Shown here one piece after another: positions 24,055 through 32,185 of a stretch of 36,406 nucleotides of DNA. Positions within the stretch are counted from its first letter, which is position 1, and every line of letters begins with the position of its first letter. Position numbers and translations under genes: made by a program. The stretch spans positions 1-36,406 of the forward strand of contig CAJOFW010000001.1 of NCBI GenBank assembly GCA_905234005.1, written 5' to 3'. Source of the DNA: an uncultured Oscillospiraceae bacterium. Its GTDB lineage: Bacteria > Bacillota > Clostridia > Oscillospirales > Oscillospiraceae. The notes under the pieces are model-generated. The model had not been told where the DNA came from. It made no database searches and was given only the letters and a program-made list of their open reading frames with translations.

Positions 24055-25439
24055 AAAAAACCGCCGCCATCGCATGGCTTCTGGCCCTGCTTGTCACGCT
24101 GAGCGCCTGCGGCGTCCCGGCCCTGCCCGACCTTGCCGACGTGCGGGCATTTGTCGCCCGGGTCACGTTTACGCGGTCGTTTCCGTTCGTCGTCCTCGCC
24201 GAGGCGGACGAGCCGGAGGCGACGGTGTCCGTGTACCGCCTCGCCGCGTCGGGGAGCGGCAGCCTGATCGCGTGTGAGACGTTCCCCGCCTCCGACCCGC
24301 GGACGCAGGATTTAAGCGGCCTCATCGCCCTGCTCGCCGCCCCCGCCGGGACGGAGGAGCTCTCGTGCGCCCTGCCCGACGGCGTGACCGTCGAGGACTG
24401 GCGGCTCGAGGGCGGCGTCGTGAGCCTCACGCTCTCGCCGGCATTTCTCGAGCTTGGCGATATGCGCCGGTCGGCGGCGGCGTTCTGCGCCGTGCTGACG
24501 CTCTGCCAGCTCGACGGCGTGGAGGCCGTCGCGGTCGTGTCCGGCGGGCAGACCGTGTTTCCCTACCTCACGCCCGACGACGCCGTTCTCACCGACGAGG
24601 AGGGCGACCCGTACACCCGCCGCCTGCGCCTGTACTTCCCCGACAGCGAGGGGCGGTATCTCATCAGCGAATACCACACGCTGTCCATCGACGACGACGC
24701 CGACCTCGCCCGCTGCGTCGTGGAGGAGCTGCTGCGCGGCCCGAACAACGCCGAGCTGCGCCCCGCCGTCCCGGCCGGTACGGCGCTGCGCTCCTGCGTC
24801 ACGGCCGACGGGCTGTGCACGGTCGATCTCTCGGCGGCGTTTTACGACAACCGCCCGGATACGGCGCTCGGCGAACGGCTCACCCTCTGCGCCCTCGCAA
24901 ACTCGCTGACGGCGCTGTCCGGCGTGAAGGCCGTGCGCGTGCTCGTGGAGGGCGAGCCGGTCGACGTCTACGTCTACCGCCCGCTGACGGAGCCGCTTGC
25001 CATGTACGACGCCGCCGTCGGCCCCGTCTCGGCCCCGCTCGGGGAGATCGACGCCGATCTGTATCTCGCGCTGCCCGGCCTCGCCGGGGTCACGCCGCTG
25101 CCGTTTCGCGTCAGCGAGGCCGTCGGCGACTCCCTCGCGGAGGCCGTGCTCGACCGCCTCCTCAGCGCCGAGGAGCCGGGATACCCGGCGCTGTTTTCCG
25201 GCAGCGGCACCGTCGCCGGCGTCACCGTCCGGGGCGGCGTGTGCGCCGTGGAGCTGTCGGAGAGCTTTTTCGTGTCCCTGCCCGCCGACGCCGCCCCGCT
25301 CGCCGTGCAGTCGATCGCCGAGACGCTCCGCGCCCTGCCCGGCATCGCCGCCGTCACCTTCTCCGTGAACGGCGCGCCCGCCGTCTACGACGGCATGGAT
25401 TTCTCCGTCTACAATTCTATTAATATCGAGGTGCCATGA
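24051..25439 (+). CDS. GerMN-domain lipoprotein
   Basis: Lipobox LLVTLSAC. Repeated GerM-like segments (LRLYFPDSEGRYL..., VVEELLRGP). Its ATG overlaps the kinase stop (ATGA). Confidence 0.7.
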   Translation: MKKTAAIAWLLALLVTLSACGVPALPDLADVRAFVARVTFTRSFPFVVLAEADEPEATVSVYRLAASGSGSLIACETFPASDPRTQDLSGLIALLAAPAGTEELSCALPDGVTVEDWRLEGGVVSLTLSPAFLELGDMRRSAAAFCAVLTLCQLDGVEAVAVVSGGQTVFPYLTPDDAVLTDEEGDPYTRRLRLYFPDSEGRYLISEYHTLSIDDDADLARCVVEELLRGPNNAELRPAVPAGTALRSCVTADGLCTVDLSAAFYDNRPDTALGERLTLCALANSLTALSGVKAVRVLVEGEPVDVYVYRPLTEPLAMYDAAVGPVSAPLGEIDADLYLALPGLAGVTPLPFRVSEAVGDSLAEAVLDRLLSAEEPGYPALFSGSGTVAGVTVRGGVCAVELSESFFVSLPADAAPLAVQSIAETLRALPGIAAVTFSVNGAPAVYDGMDFSVYNSINIEVP

Positions 25440-25440
25440 T

Positions 25441-26511
25441 ATGTCCCGTATTGCCAGCATCCAGAACGCCCTCCGACAGACCGCCGACGGGGGCGTCGAC
25501 GCCCTGCTTCTGACCGACCCCATTTCCATCCGCTACGCCGCCGGGTTCCACATCGACGACGGCGCGGCCGTCATCGCGTCGGACGGCGCGTGGCTCGTCA
25601 CCGACAGCCGCTACATCGAGGCGGCGCAGGCCGCCGTGTCCGATATGACCGTGCTGTGCGTCTCCCGGGAAAAGCCGCTCGATACGATCCTCGCGGAGCT
25701 TCTTTCCGGGTACGGCGCCGTCGGCGCGGAGCAGAACCGCATGAGCCGCGCCGACTGGCTCAAATACGAGTCGAAGCTTGCCCGTTCCCTGCGCCCGGCG
25801 GATGATATCCTCGCCACGCTCCGGGCCTCGAAGGACGCGGCGGAGATCGCCCTGTGCACCGCCGCGCAGAGGATCGCCGAACGCGCCCTCGACGACGTGC
25901 TCGGCCTTCTGCGCCCCGGCATGACCGAGAAGGAGGCGGCGGCGGAGCTTGTCTACCGGATGTACAAATACGGCGGCGAGAAGAACTCCTTCGACCCCAT
26001 CGTCGTGACCGGCCCGAAGACGAGCATGCCCCACGGCGTGCCCGGCGACGAGGTCATAAGGGACGGCGATTTCATCACGATGGATTTCGGCACAATGGTC
26101 GGCGGCTACTGCTCCGATATGACCCGCACCGTCGCGATCGGCCATGTCACGGACGAGATGCGCCGCGTATACGACACCGTCCTCGAGGCCCAGCTCGCCG
26201 GCATCGCCGCCGCCCGCCCGGGCGTGACCGGCCGCGCCATCGACGCCGCCGCCCGGGACGTCATCGAGAGGGCCGGCTGGGGCGCGTACTTCGGCCACAG
26301 CTTCGGCCACTCCCTCGGCCTCGAGATCCACGAGGCCCCGAACGCCGCGTACTCGAACGACAGGCCCATGCCCGAGGGCGCGTTCATCTCCGCCGAGCCG
26401 GGCATCTACCTGCCCGGACGCTTCGGCGTGCGCATCGAGGACACGATGTGGCTGCGCGGCGGCGGCGCGGAGGTCATCACCAGGGCCCCGAAGGAGCTTA
26501 TTGTTCTGTAA
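25441..26511 (+). CDS. M24-family Xaa-Pro aminopeptidase/dipeptidase
   Basis: Metal-ligand motifs (DFG...D, GHSFGHSLGLEIHE, EPG..., IED). Located directly upstream of efp, as in Bacillus. Confidence 0.9.
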   Translation: MSRIASIQNALRQTADGGVDALLLTDPISIRYAAGFHIDDGAAVIASDGAWLVTDSRYIEAAQAAVSDMTVLCVSREKPLDTILAELLSGYGAVGAEQNRMSRADWLKYESKLARSLRPADDILATLRASKDAAEIALCTAAQRIAERALDDVLGLLRPGMTEKEAAAELVYRMYKYGGEKNSFDPIVVTGPKTSMPHGVPGDEVIRDGDFITMDFGTMVGGYCSDMTRTVAIGHVTDEMRRVYDTVLEAQLAGIAAARPGVTGRAIDAAARDVIERAGWGAYFGHSFGHSLGLEIHEAPNAAYSNDRPMPEGAFISAEPGIYLPGRFGVRIEDTMWLRGGGAEVITRAPKELIVL

Positions 26512-26516
26512 AGGGC

Positions 26517-26545
26517 TTGCAATGACGCGAAAAATATAGTATGAT
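26517..26545 (+). promoter_or_regulatory. sigma-A promoter of efp
   Basis: TTGCAA, 17-nt spacer, TATGAT. Confidence 0.6.
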
Positions 26546-26599
26546 AGTGCATACGCAATCATAAGATGTATATCTTTTCATATTGGAGGACAGATAATT

Positions 26600-27166
26600 A
26601 TGCCCATTACAGCAGGTGATTTCAGAAACGGCGTGACCTTCGAGATGGACGGCCAGCCCATGCAGGTCATCGAGTTCCAGCACGTCAAGCCCGGCAAGGG
26701 CGCGGCCTTCGTGCGCACCAAGTACAAGAACATCATCACCGGCGCGATCCGTGAGGAATCCTTCAACCCCTCCGCGAAGTTCGAGAACGCGTTTGTCGAG
26801 CGCCGCGATATGGAGTTCTCCTATGCCGACGGCAACCTCTACTACTTCATGAACCCCGAGACCTACGAGCTGGAGCCGGTCGACAAGTCGAACCTCACCG
26901 AGGGCTTCCGCTTCGTCAAGGAAAACGAGACCTGCACGCTGAGCTTCTACAACGGCTCGTGCTTCTCCGTCGAGGCCCCGAACTTCGTCGTCCTTGAGAT
27001 CACGGAGACCGACCCCGGCTTCGCCGGCAACACCGCGACGAACGCCACCAAGCCCGCGACGGTCGAGACCGGCGCGGAGGTCAAGGTGCCCCTGTTCATC
27101 GAGCCGGGCGAACGCATCCAGATCGACACCCGCACCGGCGAGTACCTCGGCCGCGCAAAGGGCTGA
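26600..27166 (+). CDS. efp: translation elongation factor P
   Basis: FRNGVTFEMDGQPMQVIEFQHVKPGKGAAFVRTKYKN. 188 aa. GGAGGA RBS. Confidence 0.97.
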   Translation: MPITAGDFRNGVTFEMDGQPMQVIEFQHVKPGKGAAFVRTKYKNIITGAIREESFNPSAKFENAFVERRDMEFSYADGNLYYFMNPETYELEPVDKSNLTEGFRFVKENETCTLSFYNGSCFSVEAPNFVVLEITETDPGFAGNTATNATKPATVETGAEVKVPLFIEPGERIQIDTRTGEYLGRAKG

Positions 27167-27170
27167 TACC

Positions 27171-27626
27171 ATGACCACCTCCGAAAAGGTCGCCTACCTC
27201 AAGGGCCTTGCCGAGGGCGCGGGACTCGATCCGGCGTCGAAGGACGGCAAGCTGTTTCATACGGTCATCGACATCCTCGAGGATCTCGCGTACGACGTCG
27301 AGGACGTGAACGACGCCGTCGCAGAGCTGGCGGAGGGTCTGGACGACGCCTGCGACGAGCTTGCGGACGTCGAGGAGATCCTGTTCGGCGACGTCGACGA
27401 GCTTGACGACGACGATGACGACGACGTCTGGGGACTCGAGGACGGCGACGAGCTGATCGACGCGGACGACCTCACCCTCTACGAGGCCGCCTGCCCCGCC
27501 TGCGGCGAGGTCATCACGTTCGACGAGGGCGTGCTGGCCGAGGGCGGCATCCCCTGCCCCAACTGCGGCGAAATGCTCGAATTCGACCTCGGCGAAGAGC
27601 CGGACGGGACGGCGGACGAGGGCTGA
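27171..27626 (+). CDS. acidic zinc-ribbon protein conserved downstream of efp in Clostridia
   Basis: MTTSEKVAYLKGLAEG..., a poly-Asp tract, and C-terminal CPACG...CPNCG. The ATG at 27171 lies 4 nt after the efp stop. Confidence 0.7.
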   Translation: MTTSEKVAYLKGLAEGAGLDPASKDGKLFHTVIDILEDLAYDVEDVNDAVAELAEGLDDACDELADVEEILFGDVDELDDDDDDDVWGLEDGDELIDADDLTLYEAACPACGEVITFDEGVLAEGGIPCPNCGEMLEFDLGEEPDGTADEG

Positions 27627-27889
27627 TATACCGCGAAGGCATTCCGGGACACCCGATCAATCAACATCCACGCGATCGGGGGACAGGCATCCCCCGGTTG
27701 CGCCGCCCTGTTACGCCGTCGTCCCATGCGGGCGGGATTCACCGATTGTTCACAAACTTCTCGCATTTTATTCATGACTTTTCGCCCCGGCTGTTGTATG
27801 ATACAGTCACAAGGGATGAGGGACACATCCCGAGGGTTTTAACAGTTGCTATTTCTCATTTTTTCACTCCTCTCTTCTTTTTTGTGCGA

Positions 27890-27917
27890 AGCCGGACGAC
27901 CGTGAGGCCGTCCGGCT
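27890..27917 (+). terminator. terminator-like hairpin ending the efp-region transcript
   Basis: AGCCGGACG-N10-CGTCCGGCT followed by TTGTG. Confidence 0.55.
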
Positions 27918-27940
27918 TTGTGCCGCTTTGCAAGTCCGGC

Positions 27941-27969
27941 TTGACATCCCGCGCAAAACGGGGTATGAT
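27941..27969 (+). promoter_or_regulatory. sigma-A promoter of the pheA leader
   Basis: TTGACA (27941..27946), 17-nt spacer, TATGAT (27964..27969). Confidence 0.75.
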
Positions 27970-28014
27970 GGCAGGCGAACCGGAACAAAACCGAACGATC
28001 GGAGAAATCACGCC

Positions 28015-28071
28015 ATGACACGCCGCTTTACCGCCGAATTTATCCTCTTTACCTTTGGAAACCGGAGGTAG
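28015..28071 (+). CDS. candidate Phe-rich leader peptide MTRRFTAEFILFTFGNRR
   Basis: GGAGA lies 9 nt upstream. 18 codons with 4 Phe (all TTT). The stop lies 33 nt before a strong terminator preceding pheA. Confidence 0.55.
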   Translation: MTRRFTAEFILFTFGNRR

Positions 28072-28104
28072 AGCGATTTCGGCTGCGGCAACCACGAATC
28101 TCAT

Positions 28105-28145
28105 CGGCTGCGCGGTGGAAATCACCGCGCAGCCGTTTTCTTGTG
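28105..28145 (+). terminator. attenuator terminator upstream of pheA
   Basis: CGGCTGCGCGGTG-GAAAT-CACCGCGCAGCCG (13-bp stem) followed by TTTTCTTGTG, ending about 20 nt before the pheA ATG. Confidence 0.8.
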
Positions 28146-28167
28146 TACAGAAAGGATACTTGACCAC

Positions 28168-29310
28168 ATGGATCTTCAGGAGCTGAACGAACAGATCACC
28201 GCCATCGACGACGAGCTGGCCGCCCTCTTCGCAAAGCGCATGGCGCTGTCGGCGGACGTCGCCCGCGAGAAGGCCGCAAACGGCATCATCACCCCGGACG
28301 TCGCCCTCGAACGCGCCGGACGCATCCGCTTCCGCGAAAACGCCGGCGGGGCGCTGGAGGGCTACGCGGGCGTTCTGTACTCCACGCTGACCGACGTGAG
28401 CCGCAGCTATCAGGCCGCCGTCACGACCGGGGAGAACCCGGTCGCCGCACGCATGGCCGCCGCGATCGAGCACACGCCGAAGCTCTTTCCGGAGAAGGCG
28501 GCCGTCGTCTGCCAGGGCGTCGAGGGGGCGTACTCGCAGATCGCGGCGGAGCTGCTGTTTTCGGAGGCGGAGCTTCAGTTTGTGAGCAGCTTCGAGTCCG
28601 TGTTCGCCGCGATCGACCGGGGCGACGCACGCTACGGCGTGCTGCCGCTCGAGAACAGCACGGCCGGTTCGGTCAACAAAATCTACGACCTCATGATGGA
28701 ATACAACTTCAGCATCGTCCGCTCCGCCCGCATCAAGATCGACCACTGCCTGCTGGCCCGTCCCGGCGCGACGATCGACGGCATCCGCGAGATATACTCC
28801 CACGAGCAGGCGATCAGCCAGTGCGCCGGGTTTCTGCAGTCGCTGCCGAACGTGCGCGTGACCGCCTGCGCCAACACGGCCATGGCCGCGCAGCTCGTGG
28901 CGGAGTCGGGCCGGTCGGACGCGGCGGCGCTGTCGTCGCACAGCTGCGCGGAGCTGTACGGGCTCAAGACGCTCCGCAACTCCGTGCAGGACAAGGGCAA
29001 CAACCACACCCGGTTCATCTGCATCGGCCGGGAGCTGGAGATCTACCCCGGCGCCGACCGGACGAGCATCATGCTCACGACGCCGCACCGCCCCGGCTCG
29101 CTGTACCGGATCATGGCCCGCATCACGGCGCTCGGCGTGAACCTGACTAAGCTCGAGAGCCGCCCCCTGCCCGACCGGGATTTTGAGTTCATGTTCTACT
29201 TCGACCTCGACGCCCCCGTCTACGCCCCCAAGCTCCACCAGCTCATGGCCGACCTCGACAACCTCTGCGAGACCTTCCGCTACCTCGGCAGCTACTCGGA
29301 AATCGTGTGA
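28168..29310 (+). CDS. pheA: bifunctional chorismate mutase / prephenate dehydratase
   Basis: N-terminal chorismate-mutase helices (LNEQITAIDDELAALFAKRMALS). Prephenate-dehydratase domain (GVEGAYSQ, NNHTRF). ACT domain (LTKLESRP). The ATG at 28168 follows AAAGGA. Confidence 0.9.
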   Translation: MDLQELNEQITAIDDELAALFAKRMALSADVAREKAANGIITPDVALERAGRIRFRENAGGALEGYAGVLYSTLTDVSRSYQAAVTTGENPVAARMAAAIEHTPKLFPEKAAVVCQGVEGAYSQIAAELLFSEAELQFVSSFESVFAAIDRGDARYGVLPLENSTAGSVNKIYDLMMEYNFSIVRSARIKIDHCLLARPGATIDGIREIYSHEQAISQCAGFLQSLPNVRVTACANTAMAAQLVAESGRSDAAALSSHSCAELYGLKTLRNSVQDKGNNHTRFICIGRELEIYPGADRTSIMLTTPHRPGSLYRIMARITALGVNLTKLESRPLPDRDFEFMFYFDLDAPVYAPKLHQLMADLDNLCETFRYLGSYSEIV

Positions 29311-29413
29311 TACTTTTTCTTGAAAGAAAAAGTATCAAAAAGAACTTTGTATTCGCCTCAAAACGGCAGCATTTCCAAGGTTTTGCGCCCGGTAACGAAA
29401 CAAAGCTTCGCCT
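29308..29413 (+). repeat. copy 5 of the ~120-nt structured repeat family
   Basis: Begins with the pheA TGA. 11-bp hairpin GATACTTTTTC-TTGAAA-GAAAAAGTATC. The body is near-identical to copies 2 and 3 up to 29408; the distal ~20 nt have diverged. Confidence 0.9.
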
Positions 29414-29424
29414 GTTTTCTTCGT

Positions 29425-30123
29425 TTATACGCCTTGCTCCGCGTGGCCCCAGAGCTTGGCTCGCAGGGGGGCGCAGGCCCGGCCGAAGGTCATCCATTCG
29501 GCGAGGGCGCACAGGGGCAGGGCGGCGAGGATGTCCACGACCGAGTGCTGCTTCACAAAGCTCACCGATACGCAGATGAGGAGCACGGCGACCGTGATGA
29601 ACGCCTTGAGCGGCTTCGGCGCGTCGGGCTTTCTCAGCCATGTGGACAGGATGCCCAGCGAGTAGCCGACGTGCAGCGACGGACACACGCCCGTCGGCGT
29701 GTCGAACCAGTACACGAACGCCATCGCCCGTGTCAGGAAATTGTCCCGGGGGAACGTCTCGGGCCGCAGCTCCTGCCGGCTCGGCCAGAGGATGTAGACC
29801 GCCATCGCGACCACCTGCGTGATGATGATGTACGTCTGCGCCCGCCGGAACGCGGGCACGTCGAACAGCAGGAAAAACAGCAGCGTGCCGAATACGAGCA
29901 CGTACCAGAACGAGTACGCCAGCAGAAACCGCTCGTCGAACGGGATGACGTCGTCGAGCGCGCAGTGGATGACGTGGCAGCGCTCGTACGGGATCAGCCT
30001 TTCCGTCAGGGCGTAGAGAACGAAATAGCCCACCCAGCCCCAGAGCAGGTTCAGGTGGTAAAAGCGCGGCTCGCCGAGACGTGACAGGCGAAAGCCGCTG
30101 TAATCATAGAGCTTCAGGTTCAT
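29425..30123 (-). CDS. PAP2-superfamily membrane protein
   Basis: Multi-TM. PSLH and VKQHSVVD motifs resemble PAP2 C2/C3 motifs. Confidence 0.65.
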   Translation of the reverse strand: MNLKLYDYSGFRLSRLGEPRFYHLNLLWGWVGYFVLYALTERLIPYERCHVIHCALDDVIPFDERFLLAYSFWYVLVFGTLLFFLLFDVPAFRRAQTYIIITQVVAMAVYILWPSRQELRPETFPRDNFLTRAMAFVYWFDTPTGVCPSLHVGYSLGILSTWLRKPDAPKPLKAFITVAVLLICVSVSFVKQHSVVDILAALPLCALAEWMTFGRACAPLRAKLWGHAEQGV

Positions 30124-30910
30124 GCGACGCTTCCTCTCCGGGGATGCTTGCGGGGATGTTTGCGGGATAGAGCCGCTTCGGGATGTTGCGGTACGGCACC
30201 ACGGTGTGCCTCGGCAGCGAGCACGCCATCGCCGTGATCGCCTCCATCAGCGCGGCGCAGATTCGCTCGCGCTCCGCCGCCGGGGACGCGGCGGGGTCGT
30301 ACACGACCGGCTCGCCGAAATACACCGTCTTCAGCGCCGGGGCGACGTACATCGGGACGAACGACAGCGCCCGTCCCGTCCTTTTGTGGTAGAACCGGGC
30401 CACGTCGACGAACTTGTCCCGAAACGCGTATAATATGTGGTTGTACGGCGCGTCGTACTCGGGAAATATCACGATGCCCGCGCCGTCGTCCAGCCGGGCG
30501 ATCGTCTCACGGAACGTCGTGACGATGCGGGTGTCGTGGTAGACCGGTATCGTCCGGGCGTTGTTGAACACGCATACCGAAAGCGGCGCGATGATATAGG
30601 ACAGGAGCCTGTAAAACCAGCGGACATATCGCGGCTTCTGCGACCAGAAATCGCTGTACGCGTAGGCGGGCACCTCGGACAGCGTCATCATCTCGGCGGC
30701 GCACCAGGTAAAGTGCTCGCCGGGGATGTACAGCTCGCTCACGATCGGCCCGTTCATCTGCGTGTGGTTGCCGACGATCACGCAGTCGCGTCCGGGCAGC
30801 GCCTCCGCCCCGACGACCGCCGTGCGGGGATAGAACAGCTTCACAAGCGCCCGGATGAGCCGGTACAGCCCCGGCGCGTGGTTGTGGTTGGGGTTGCGGT
30901 CAGACGCCAT
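30104..30910 (-). CDS. PlsC-like (lysophospholipid) acyltransferase family protein
   Basis: VGNHTQMNG at the position of the HX4D block (Asp replaced by Gly). FPEY motif further downstream. Overlaps the PAP2 gene by 20 nt. Confidence 0.6.
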   Translation of the reverse strand: MASDRNPNHNHAPGLYRLIRALVKLFYPRTAVVGAEALPGRDCVIVGNHTQMNGPIVSELYIPGEHFTWCAAEMMTLSEVPAYAYSDFWSQKPRYVRWFYRLLSYIIAPLSVCVFNNARTIPVYHDTRIVTTFRETIARLDDGAGIVIFPEYDAPYNHILYAFRDKFVDVARFYHKRTGRALSFVPMYVAPALKTVYFGEPVVYDPAASPAAERERICAALMEAITAMACSLPRHTVVPYRNIPKRLYPANIPASIPGEEASHEPEAL

Positions 30911-32185
30911 TTATTCCGCCTCCGTTTGCGTCACGCGCAGGCGTTCGACGCGTTTGTCGTCTGTCTCGAGGACGGTGATCAAAAGGTTTTTATACGTCAG
31001 CTCGTCGCCCGGGGAGACGAAGCCGCCCTGCAGCTCCATGACCCACCCGCCGACGGTCTCGCTCTCGAATTCGCCGCCGTCGTCCTCCAGTCCGGCCAGC
31101 TCGAGGAAGTCGCCAAGCGACATATCGCCGTCCAGCTCCCAGCCGCCGCCGGGCGTCTCGACGACCTCCGGCTCGACCTCGTCCGTCTCGTCCCAGATGT
31201 CGCCGACGAGCGATTCGAGCACGTCCTCCATCGTGACGACGCCGGCGGTGCCGCCGTATTCGTCGGTGACAATGGCGAGGTGCGTCTGCCGCCGCTTCAG
31301 CTCCTCGAGCACGGCGGGCAGCTTGACGGTCTTGTAGATGAAGCACGGCTCGGACAGCAGCGGCCGCACGTCGACCGGCCCGCCGTCCAGCATGGCGCGA
31401 AACAGCGCGTTTAAGTGGAGCACGCCGATGATGTTGTCGGTGTCGCCCTCGTAGACGGGCAGACGGGTGTGCGCCGCCTCGTTCGCGGCGGCGAGGATGT
31501 CCTCCCAGTCGTCGTCGATGTCGATCGCGGTCATGTCCACACGGGCGGTCATGACCTCGCTGACCGATATATCGACAAAGTCCAGCGCCGCCTGCAGAAG
31601 CTCGGAGCGGTCGCCGTCGATGACCGCCTCGTCCTCGGCGGTCTCGATGATGGACTGCAGCTCCTCGACGGCGGCCTCCTGCCCGTCGTCCCCGGACGCG
31701 TCCGGCGCGGGCAGACGCTTCGCGATGAACTCCGTGACCGTCACGGCGCACCAGACGAGCGGCGTAAGCACCGCCGCGAGGACGCGGACAGGGCGCGCCG
31801 AGGCGAGGGCGAACCGGTTCGCGTTCCTGCGGGCGAGGATCTTGGGGATCGTCTCGCCGAAGATGATGACGATCACGGTCACGGCGACGGTCGCGGCGGT
31901 GGCGCACAGACCGGCGGCGATACCCGTCCGCGCCGCGACGGCGAGGGCGATGACCGAGCTGAGCGACGACGCGCACACGTTCACGAGGTTGTTGCCGATC
32001 AAAATCGCGCCGAGCGCCCGGTCAAAGCGCTCGAGCAGCGCCAGCGCGGCGGCGGCGCGGCGGTCGCCGTCCTCCCCGGCGCTCTCGAGGCGCAGACGGT
32101 TCGCGCCGGACAGCGCCATCTCCGACGCGGAGAAGAACGCGGACAGCGCAAAGCACGCGATGAGCGCGATGATATAGCCCGTCAT
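30911..32185 (-). CDS. CNNM/CorC/HlyC-family transporter (DUF21 + CBS pair + CorC_HlyC)
   Basis: N-terminal 4-TM DUF21, a CBS pair, and C-terminal LAIVTDEYGGTAGVVTMEDVLESLVGDI. Confidence 0.85.
   Translation of the reverse strand: MTGYIIALIACFALSAFFSASEMALSGANRLRLESAGEDGDRRAAAALALLERFDRALGAILIGNNLVNVCASSLSSVIALAVAARTGIAAGLCATAATVAVTVIVIIFGETIPKILARRNANRFALASARPVRVLAAVLTPLVWCAVTVTEFIAKRLPAPDASGDDGQEAAVEELQSIIETAEDEAVIDGDRSELLQAALDFVDISVSEVMTARVDMTAIDIDDDWEDILAAANEAAHTRLPVYEGDTDNIIGVLHLNALFRAMLDGGPVDVRPLLSEPCFIYKTVKLPAVLEELKRRQTHLAIVTDEYGGTAGVVTMEDVLESLVGDIWDETDEVEPEVVETPGGGWELDGDMSLGDFLELAGLEDDGGEFESETVGGWVMELQGGFVSPGDELTYKNLLITVLETDDKRVERLRVTQTEAE

Noticed and set aside
27839-27859. Six-codon minus-strand ORF (MRNSNC) with a strong GAGAGGAG site 6 nt upstream.
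   Set aside because: No promoter or downstream gene on that strand. The purine tract is the complement of the CU-rich stretch discussed for the plus strand. Most likely fortuitous.
27976-28140. T-box or other riboswitch as the pheA leader.
   Set aside because: The leader is only ~165 nt. I could not find a stem-I/specifier architecture, AGAGA/GNUGGUA-type motifs, or the conserved T-box 14-mer. The GGTGGAAATCACCGCG stretch is just the terminator loop region. A translated Phe-rich mini-ORF explains the layout better.
29308-29413. Whether the 120-nt repeat could be an integron attC site, given that it follows ORFs, is co-oriented with them and overlaps the stop.
   Set aside because: No RYYYAAC/GTTRRRY core sites at the ends and no intI. 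The flanking genes are housekeeping or operon genes rather than promoterless cassettes.
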